Under the pieces are notes generated by a model. That model did not search any database and was not told the origin of the DNA. It saw nothing but the letters and a program-made list of their open reading frames with translations. 64,000 nucleotides of DNA, taken from assembly GCA_007693455.1 (NCBI GenBank), contig REDP01000167.1, forward strand, positions 16,799 to 80,798, given 5' to 3'. The stretch is from Planctomycetota bacterium (GTDB lineage Bacteria > Planctomycetota > UBA11346). This document shows positions 44,907-52,065 of the stretch, piece by piece. The position numbers and the translations under genes are program-made. Numbering within the stretch: position 1 is the stretch's first letter; every line of letters begins with the position of its first letter.

Positions 44907-45045
44907 TAGGACAGCTCAAAGCTTGTCCCTGGCATCGCCAATTTCCAGATCGGCCAGTAAAAAGCATCCTAGATGAGAATCTTTGCACTAAAAGCATGCC
45001 CCGCGAAGCGGGCCTTCCTACCTCAATGGCACGCTTTTACACCCA
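44907..45045 (+). mobile_element. MITE-like element, copy G (degenerate)
   Basis: ACAGCTCAAAGCTTGTCCCTGGCATCGCC and AAAAGCATGCCCCGCGAAGCGGGCCTTCC align to the family. Termini are eroded and no clear TSD is seen. Lies in the SulP/ppc divergent intergenic region. Confidence 0.55.
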
Positions 45046-45166
45046 AAGCATGGCCCTCCATCTCGGCGGGCTTCATCGATGGCAAGGTTTGCGTTCCCTG
45101 GCTATCTCTCGTGAAGCTTGCGTGAGCACCATTAGCCCCACCATCTCGGCCCACATGGGAGAATAC

Positions 45167-47836
45167 ATGACCACGCAAGGCAGCCTGCTTTCGGATCGTC
45201 AATTGTTAATGCGCTCACTCTTGTTTGTGGTGCGTCGCTACGCCCATCCAGGCTTACTGCGACGCTTACGCCGTATGCTGCGATTAGCCTTCCGTCGTCG
45301 TGATGGCGATTCCACCGCACAAGAAGAATTGGAGCAGATACTTGATGGCCTGGATGACCGTCTTTTAGAGGAGGTCATGCGGGCGCTGCAAATCCTTCTC
45401 GACTTGGCATCGGTGATCGAAGACCGCCAGCGTGTGCGCGTGCTTCGACAACGGCAAATGACAGGTGGCGGCGGGGAGACATTACAGGATGCGGTAGAGC
45501 GTTTGCAGCGGGATGGCCTTGATGGAGCTACTATTTCCAGTCTCCTGGCCCGCATTCGCGTTGAGCCAGTGTTTACTGCTCACCCCACCGAAGCAAAGCG
45601 CCGTACGGTTCGCGAAGCTCTCAGTCGATTGCGAGGCGATCTCGCACAATTGGACCGAAGCGACCTGTTGACCCAGGAAGAAGACGATTTGCGTCTTCGT
45701 ATTCGCCAAGATCTCGCCTGCTTATGGGAAACTGACACATTACATCCTAAGCGTCCGACACCGCACCAAGAAGTTCGCCGCAGTTTGCATTTATTAGATG
45801 CTTTATGGACTTCAGTGCCCCAATTACTGCGGCGTATCGAAGCCATTGGCGGCCATGCAGTGGGGAATATGCTTCGATTTGGTACCTGGATTGGCGGTGA
45901 CCGTGACGGCAATCCTTATGTTACTGCCGAGGTCACGCAGGGGGCCTTGTTATCCTTGCGTAATGCTGTGCTGGAGCGGCATATAAAAGAATGTCGCCGT
46001 GCCGCTTCCTTATTGAGCATGTCCCGGCGACTGCATCCCATGGGTGCGGCCTTAGAACGCGCCGTACTGGAGGCCGAAGAGCGCTGGGGCGATCGTCTCC
46101 TTGAAGCCCTCAAAGAAAAGCATCCCGATGAGACCTATCGCCGTTGGCTAACGGTGATTCGTATGCGCTTACAAGCGAGTATCTGTGCCAGCATGGCTGA
46201 CCATCCCGATCCAGCAGCCTATACCCATGCCAATGAATTGGCTCAAGATTTACTATTAATTAGCGATAGTTTACGTGCCAACGGACATCGTGATTTAGCT
46301 GACAGCCTGCTCGCATCCTGGCAGTACCGTTTGCAAGTCTTTGGCTTTCATGGTGCTCGCCTGGATCTTCGCGAGGATTCTCGGGTGGTCCTGGAAACGG
46401 TTGCTGCTTGCTGCCGTGCCTCGGGCTTCTGTGACAATATTGAGGCGCTTGATGATGATGCCCTGCGCGATGTGCTCTGCGGTGAACTCCCCCCAACCAT
46501 TGCTGATGGTGCAATAGATGGTGTGGCTGGAGACTTGTTGACCGTCTTCCGCTTGCGTCAACGTGCCGCCAGCCGTTTTGGTGGTGAATGTTTGGGCTGC
46601 TGTATTGTGAGCATGACCCATCGCGCTGAAGACATTCTCGCCTTTGCCTTTCTTGAACGCTACGCCGCGGCATGTGAAGGAGTACCGCATCAAGCCTCCC
46701 CCATGGTTCCCCTGTTTGAAACTATTGATGATCTCCAGCGAGCTTCAGAGATCCTTGATCGCCTCTTGGTGCAGGAGCGTTACCGCGAACACCTCAAGCA
46801 ATCGGGTGGTGATCAAGTGTGTATGGTGGGCTATTCAGATAGCACCAAAGATGGAGGCTACCTCACTGCAAACTGGGCGTTATTTAGTGGGCAAGAGGCA
46901 CTAGCGGCTTGTGCTGCGCGCCACAGTGTTCCCTTAACGGTATTCCATGGACGCGGTGGTGCCCTGGGGCGGGGCGGTGGGCCTGCTGCACGCGGCATTT
47001 TATCCCTCCCCAGTGGTGCGGTTCAGGGGCGCTTACGCCTCACTGAACAGGGGGAAGTGCTCGCCGAGCGCTACGATGATCCCGCCATTGCCGCCCGTCA
47101 TCTGGAGCAGTTGATATGGGGTACGCTGCTGGTAACAGCATCTGATCATCAGCGGCCCCAGCAAGAATGGCGGGACATTATGGAGACGGTGAGTGCCGAG
47201 GCGTATGGGTGCTGGCGCGAATTGGTTGACGATCCCTACTTCATGCACTGGTTTGCTGAGTGCACTCCCATTAGTATTATTGAGAATTTGGCCATTGGTT
47301 CGCGTCCAGCGCGACGTCGGGAACGACGAAGTCTCGCTGATTTACGAGCGATTCCCTTTACCTTTGCCTGGACCCAATCGCGGCAGATGCTCACCGCCTT
47401 TTATGGCTTGGGGCAAGCCTTGTCACAGCAGGTTGAAAAGCATCTTCCCTTGCTTCAAGAAATGTATGGGCAGTGGCCATTCTTCCGCGCAGTCATTGAT
47501 AATGCTGAACTCGCTTTAGCGAAATGTGACATGCAATTGGGCGATGATTACGCTCGTTTGGCTCGGGATGCCGCAGCGGGGCAGCAATTGGCGGCACGAG
47601 TGCGCCACGAACACGCCCAGGCAGTCGCTGCAGTGTTGGCGATTAAGCAGGTGCCACAATTATTGCATGAAACTCCATGGCTCGCGGAAAGCATTGCCGC
47701 CCGTTCACCCTTTATCGACATTCTAAACCTCGCTCAGATGCGGCTGATGCAGCGCGCCGCACAGCAGGATGCCCCCATGCCCTTACTGCGGTTGTCGGTG
47801 CAAAGTATTGCCGCCGGAATGCGGACAACGGGGTGA
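45167..47836 (+). CDS. ppc: Phosphoenolpyruvate carboxylase
   Basis: VFTAHPTE, GYSDSTKDGG, FHGRGGALGRGGGP, C-terminal MRTTG. ATG 45167 after GGGAGA gives about 889 aa. The listed start 44672 runs through MITE copy G. Confidence 0.95.
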   Translation: MTTQGSLLSDRQLLMRSLLFVVRRYAHPGLLRRLRRMLRLAFRRRDGDSTAQEELEQILDGLDDRLLEEVMRALQILLDLASVIEDRQRVRVLRQRQMTGGGGETLQDAVERLQRDGLDGATISSLLARIRVEPVFTAHPTEAKRRTVREALSRLRGDLAQLDRSDLLTQEEDDLRLRIRQDLACLWETDTLHPKRPTPHQEVRRSLHLLDALWTSVPQLLRRIEAIGGHAVGNMLRFGTWIGGDRDGNPYVTAEVTQGALLSLRNAVLERHIKECRRAASLLSMSRRLHPMGAALERAVLEAEERWGDRLLEALKEKHPDETYRRWLTVIRMRLQASICASMADHPDPAAYTHANELAQDLLLISDSLRANGHRDLADSLLASWQYRLQVFGFHGARLDLREDSRVVLETVAACCRASGFCDNIEALDDDALRDVLCGELPPTIADGAIDGVAGDLLTVFRLRQRAASRFGGECLGCCIVSMTHRAEDILAFAFLERYAAACEGVPHQASPMVPLFETIDDLQRASEILDRLLVQERYREHLKQSGGDQVCMVGYSDSTKDGGYLTANWALFSGQEALAACAARHSVPLTVFHGRGGALGRGGGPAARGILSLPSGAVQGRLRLTEQGEVLAERYDDPAIAARHLEQLIWGTLLVTASDHQRPQQEWRDIMETVSAEAYGCWRELVDDPYFMHWFAECTPISIIENLAIGSRPARRRERRSLADLRAIPFTFAWTQSRQMLTAFYGLGQALSQQVEKHLPLLQEMYGQWPFFRAVIDNAELALAKCDMQLGDDYARLARDAAAGQQLAARVRHEHAQAVAAVLAIKQVPQLLHETPWLAESIAARSPFIDILNLAQMRLMQRAAQQDAPMPLLRLSVQSIAAGMRTTG

Positions 47837-50118
47837 AGGTGTTTCCTGCTCCGCAGCCAACCGCCTATGGTTGGCATTTGCGGTGTTTATTGCGCGCCAT
47901 TGACGAGCATGCGGGGCATCTGCTGAGTCCTCGCGAGCGCTTATTGATAGCCGCTCAGGAAGTTGTGCCGCTTGACACCTTGGATCACTTGGCGCGACTG
48001 GTATCCCGTCGTCACGTGGATACCTGGATAGAGGGTATTCTTGGTGATGACGCTGTCCTATTGCAACGTATGGGATGGTGCGTGGGAGATGCCACTGGTC
48101 GTATTCGTGCTACGACCCATGCGCGACGACTGTGGTCTCTGGCGCAGGCGTTGGCGGATCCAATCACGGGAGCTGATGCCAGTCGAGCCGTTACCTGTGG
48201 GCTTGATGGGCGAGCGCTTGCGGACACTCCCTGGGCACGCTGTATTGCTGGTATACATCCAGGCTGTGCAACCATTCCCTGGGCCAAGCGAACTGATCTT
48301 GATGAGTGGATACATGCACGTCAGGAGCGCAGTCTCCCCATAGACGAATCGGCGTGGATGCGCGCATTGTCGCATGTCGCAGGTGTGACCGAGCAGGCGA
48401 CACCACTGCTTGGTTATCAGTGTCATGCGAGCTATCAGTGGGCTCGTCGTCTGCAGGAATGTACCGAGCATCTTCCCTATGACCCCCGACGCTACAGTGC
48501 CGCGATTCGCGCCCTTCGTACCGCCCCTGCAGCCCCATCATTGGCTCGTTGGCAGGCTGATAGTTTGTACCGTATCAATACGCTGCCGGGTTGGCGTCGA
48601 CACATTGCCTCGCAGGTTGCAGCCTGGGGAATTTGGCGCAGTGGCGAACGCCAGCGATGGCATTTGCGCGCCATCGGCCAGCGCCGTGCGCAAGCCCAGC
48701 CGGATGTTCCCGTGCGGTATCTTGACGCATGGATTGACCATGATGCCGCAGGTATGGTCGTAGCCGATGGTGAACGGGTAGAAATGCATGCCCTACGGCA
48801 ACTACGCCATGAGGGTTGGCAGGGCATCCACGCCGAAGGCGGATTCTGGCTTGGTTTAACTGCGCAATTAGCCCATGAGGTCCTTCTGGCCCCCGTAGCG
48901 GGAGTATGGGTGGCACCTTGGCAATCCTTACCCCTCGATTGGGGACGCTGGGGATTTAGTGCGCGTCGCCGTGGGCGTATTGATGATCTTATGCGCCAAC
49001 TCATGCACGATGCATCGGGTTTATGGCTGCGTGCGCATCAAGCCACCGCCAGTCAGCAGTATCCAGGCTGGCCCAGCTTTCCTGATCCCACGGCTGCCCA
49101 GAAGGTTATGGAAAGTATTCCACCCCTCATTCTCGCCCGCATTGTGCGGCGGATTTTAGATAATCCCCGTGAAGCATCCGGGCTTCCCGATCTTTTATGC
49201 TGGCGCGGTGATGCTGTGGCCTTGTGGGAGGTTAAGAGTCCAGGCGATGCCCTTTCCGACCAGCAGCGCAGTTGGCTTTCATGGTGTAGTCAAGAGGGCT
49301 TGGCGGCAGGGGTGATTCGGGTGCGTGCCCGCTCCCATCAACAAATGAGTTTGCTCCAGCAGGTGCAAACACCACCACCGTCGGCATCACCATCGCCCAA
49401 AGCGACTGCCCCAGCCAGGCGACGCACCCGCACCCGCCGCAGGCACGCCCGCTTTCCCCAGTTACACATCCTTGATCACCGGGGTCGACAATGGTCGGTC
49501 GTAGCCCAGGCACTGGTGCCAGGGTGTCCAGATCTACGCTGGTCCCAGCAAGCCCACGCGCCCGTGCAGGCATGGAGTGGGAGCCTCGGCCTTGGTGCTA
49601 TGGACGGCTGGCAGCGACCCGTAGAACAGGTGCAGATGCTGTCGGTGAGTGCCCTGCGCTGGGATGGTATTCAGGACTATGCACCGCGAAGGTGGATTCC
49701 GCTTCCTCAATCCATGGCCTTGCCCCTGCTTATCAGTCACGAAGCCGATCCAGAAGGGGGGTTACACATGGTGGCCACGGTTCTGTGGCGCCAAGCTGGA
49801 TGGTTGGTAGAGGCGGATGCCTGTCATAATGAGCCCGTCGTAGTACCGGCCGAAAGTCTGCGATACTTCGGTGAGAGCGAGTGTGCTGATTGGACGGCCC
49901 ACCCCAATGCGCCACCACCCAGGCCATGGGTTCAGGCCGAAGTGTGGGGATGCCGAGACGAGTTGCGACAGCAACTCGACTTAGTGCAGGGCTACCCCCA
50001 CGCCCTCACCCATGGAGAAGAGCACATCCATATCTGCGTGGCGACCGGCAGTGCGGTGCTATGGACTTGTGATCACCATCGCATTCTTCAGGCCGAGCTG
50101 CCGTGGCACCAAGAGTAG
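47833..50118 (+). CDS. FAN1-like VRR-NUC nuclease with a Trp/His-rich C-terminal extension of about 260 aa and unknown fold
   Basis: VRR-NUC core GLPDLLCWRGDAVALWEVKSPGDALSDQQRSWLSW. The N-terminal region resembles bacterial FAN1 helical/SAP-like modules. GTG 47833 overlaps the ppc stop (GTGA); GTG 47839 is an alternative. Confidence 0.75.
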   Translation: MKVFPAPQPTAYGWHLRCLLRAIDEHAGHLLSPRERLLIAAQEVVPLDTLDHLARLVSRRHVDTWIEGILGDDAVLLQRMGWCVGDATGRIRATTHARRLWSLAQALADPITGADASRAVTCGLDGRALADTPWARCIAGIHPGCATIPWAKRTDLDEWIHARQERSLPIDESAWMRALSHVAGVTEQATPLLGYQCHASYQWARRLQECTEHLPYDPRRYSAAIRALRTAPAAPSLARWQADSLYRINTLPGWRRHIASQVAAWGIWRSGERQRWHLRAIGQRRAQAQPDVPVRYLDAWIDHDAAGMVVADGERVEMHALRQLRHEGWQGIHAEGGFWLGLTAQLAHEVLLAPVAGVWVAPWQSLPLDWGRWGFSARRRGRIDDLMRQLMHDASGLWLRAHQATASQQYPGWPSFPDPTAAQKVMESIPPLILARIVRRILDNPREASGLPDLLCWRGDAVALWEVKSPGDALSDQQRSWLSWCSQEGLAAGVIRVRARSHQQMSLLQQVQTPPPSASPSPKATAPARRRTRTRRRHARFPQLHILDHRGRQWSVVAQALVPGCPDLRWSQQAHAPVQAWSGSLGLGAMDGWQRPVEQVQMLSVSALRWDGIQDYAPRRWIPLPQSMALPLLISHEADPEGGLHMVATVLWRQAGWLVEADACHNEPVVVPAESLRYFGESECADWTAHPNAPPPRPWVQAEVWGCRDELRQQLDLVQGYPHALTHGEEHIHICVATGSAVLWTCDHHRILQAELPWHQE

Positions 50119-50154
50119 CCGAGAGAATAATCCATGGTGATCAACGCCTGGTCT

Positions 50155-50258
50155 CAGGCAGCGGTAAGGAGAGGATCGACCCGCGAGGTTTTTTTGTGCT
50201 ATAAGGATGCCCCATCAAGCGGGCACCCTTCGCCCATGGCAAGCTATGGGTCGCCTTG
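50155..50258 (+). repeat. Probable internally deleted, degenerate MITE copy (H)
   Basis: The right half CAAGCGGGCACCCTTCGCCCATGGCAAGCTATGGGTCGCCTTG resembles copy A (CGAAGCGGGCATTCCTCCGCCATGGCGAGCTTTAAGTCGCTCTG). The left half is only loosely similar. No TSD. Confidence 0.35.
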
Positions 50259-50336
50259 GGCGAGGGTCTAAATCACTGGTTGCACTTACAACGATACTCC
50301 TAACCTTCCGCACCTTCGTAGGGGTAGTTGAGTCGT

Positions 50337-51257
50337 ATGCGTATTTTCTCTGGCAACTCTAATCGTCCGCTTGCCAATGCCATAACCCAGGCATTGGATA
50401 CGCGCTTGGGCGAAATGACCTGTGCTCGCTTCCCCGATGGGGAAGTGAAAGTGCAGATCCATGAGGATGTGCGAGGGGATGATGTTTTCGTAGTGCAATC
50501 TACCACCTCTAATGACTTCCTTATGGAGTTATTGGTCATCGCTGATGCCCTGCGCCGTGCTTCGGCCCAACGTATCACGGCGGTGGTGCCGTATTTTGGC
50601 TATGCCCGTCAGGACCGTAAGCATTCGGGGCGGGTGCCCATTACGGCCAAACTGGTGGCAAATCTCATGGTAACCTCGGGAATTGATCGCTTACTCACAG
50701 TTGATCTCCACGCTATGCAAATTCAGGGCTTCTTTGATATCCCCGTAGACCATCTTGGCTCGCTCGCGGTGCAGCTTGATTATCTTAAAGGCCTGGACTT
50801 CACCTCTCCAGTGGTGCTCTCGCCCGATACGGGATCAATCAAACTCGCTGATGTTATGGCCAAGCGCCTTGGTGCTGGTTTAGCTATTATCGACAAGCGA
50901 CGCGTTGGTGATGCCCAAACCGAAGTCGCCAATGTGATTGGTGAAATTAAGGGGCATGATGTTGTGGTGGTGGACGATATGATCACCACCGCAGGTAGCA
51001 TGACCAATGCCATCCGTATTGCCAAGGAGATGGGGGCGCGGCGGGTTGTCCCGGTTACCACCCATGCTGTGCTCTGCGGCGATGCCTATGAACGCTTGGC
51101 GGGATCGGATATGGACCATTTGGTTGTCAGCGATACCATCCCGCTGCGCCGTCGCTTTGCCGATCTTCCCATATCGGTGCTTTCTGTCGCTGGCATGCTT
51201 GGTGAAGCCATGCGGCGTATTCACACGAATCAATCGGTGAGCTCTCTTTTTGTCTAA
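50337..51257 (+). CDS. prs: Ribose-phosphate pyrophosphokinase
   Basis: MRIFSGNSN N-terminus, DLHAMQIQGFF, PRPP loop VVVVDDMITTAGS. The listed start 50328 is a TTG 3 codons upstream. Confidence 0.95.
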   Translation: MRIFSGNSNRPLANAITQALDTRLGEMTCARFPDGEVKVQIHEDVRGDDVFVVQSTTSNDFLMELLVIADALRRASAQRITAVVPYFGYARQDRKHSGRVPITAKLVANLMVTSGIDRLLTVDLHAMQIQGFFDIPVDHLGSLAVQLDYLKGLDFTSPVVLSPDTGSIKLADVMAKRLGAGLAIIDKRRVGDAQTEVANVIGEIKGHDVVVVDDMITTAGSMTNAIRIAKEMGARRVVPVTTHAVLCGDAYERLAGSDMDHLVVSDTIPLRRRFADLPISVLSVAGMLGEAMRRIHTNQSVSSLFV

Positions 51258-51342
51258 CTTTTACTCGTATAGTGTCTTTCCTGTCTTTTAACCCTCGATG
51301 CCATATTCTTGGCATTACCGTCGTTTTCTCGTGGAGTGTCCC

Positions 51343-51921
51343 ATGTCCAGTTCCATTACTGCTACTAAGCGCACTGAATTTGGTCGTCGCGCTAACGCCG
51401 CCTTCCGCAAAGCGGGTCAAATCCCCGCGGTGATCATGCGTTCTGGCCAAGAGTCGGAGCACATTCTGCTCAATACCGTTGAGGCAGATCACCTCCTGCA
51501 ATCCAAAACCCATACCTGTACCATAACGGTGGATAGCCAAGAGCGCATGGTGCTTATTCGCGACGCTGATCGCAACTGCCTCAATGACAGCTTGGTCCAT
51601 ATTGACTTTTTAGAAGTCCATCCCGACAAGGATGTCGTGGTGGAGGTTCCCCTGCGTCCGATCACCTTGAATTGTCCTGGCATCAAGGCGGGTGGTCTGC
51701 TGGAACAAATGGTGCGTAAGATCAAGATTCGCTGCCCCGTTCAGCAAATTCCGGAGGCCTTGAATGCTGATCTTCAGGGCGTTGGCATTGATGAGACGGT
51801 ATACGCCAGCGACCTTACGCTGCCCGAAAACGTTACCTTACTCACTCCAGGACGCACTGCCCTGATGAGTGTGCTCAAGACCCGTGCGATGAAAAAGGCG
51901 GAAGCTGCCGCAGGCAAGTAA
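51343..51921 (+). CDS. rplY: 50S ribosomal protein L25 / general stress protein Ctc
   Basis: L25/Ctc N-terminal domain (RTEFGRRANAAFRKAGQIPAVI) plus the Ctc-type C-terminal domain. ATG 51343 lies 6 nt after TGGAG. Confidence 0.88.
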   Translation: MSSSITATKRTEFGRRANAAFRKAGQIPAVIMRSGQESEHILLNTVEADHLLQSKTHTCTITVDSQERMVLIRDADRNCLNDSLVHIDFLEVHPDKDVVVEVPLRPITLNCPGIKAGGLLEQMVRKIKIRCPVQQIPEALNADLQGVGIDETVYASDLTLPENVTLLTPGRTALMSVLKTRAMKKAEAAAGK

Positions 51922-51953
51922 TCAATCCCTGATTACTTGTGTGGAAGAGCCCC

Positions 51954-51997
51954 AGGCCGTTCACCTCTTGCAAAGAGGGGAACGGCCTTTTGCTTTG
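51954..51997 (+). terminator. Rho-independent terminator after rplY
   Basis: 15-bp stem AGGCCGTTCACCTCT / AGAGGGGAACGGCCT (one mismatch) with a 5-nt loop, followed by TTTTGCTTTG. Confidence 0.8.
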
Positions 51998-52065
51998 CCT
52001 ACGGATAGCCCGAGAGCTGGCGACGTTTGGCTTGTCACGTACACCAGCCCATGCCAAGAGCGCGC

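Noticed and set aside
44336-44941. 201-aa minus-strand ORF overlapping the 5' part of the SulP gene in another frame
   Set aside because: The SulP frame carries the family signature from its first residues. The alternative frame is Arg/Ser/Cys-rich, featureless, and extends into MITE copy G.
44672-45166. Upstream 165 codons of the listed ppc ORF (start 44672)
   Set aside because: This part overlaps the SulP gene start on the other strand and reads straight through MITE copy G. PEPC homology and a GGGAGA SD support ATG 45167.
47677-47832. Upstream part of the listed VRR-NUC ORF, overlapping the last 160 nt of ppc
   Set aside because: It lies entirely inside the conserved C-terminus of ppc in another frame. 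GTG starts at the ppc stop give a sensible coupled arrangement.
12216-50258. Whether the recurring 140-bp repeats could be a CRISPR array or REP/BIME elements
   Set aside because: The copies are kilobases apart with genes between them, have no regular spacing, and at about 140 bp are far too long for CRISPR repeats. Locus-specific 10-bp flanking duplications argue for transposition rather than REP-type elements.
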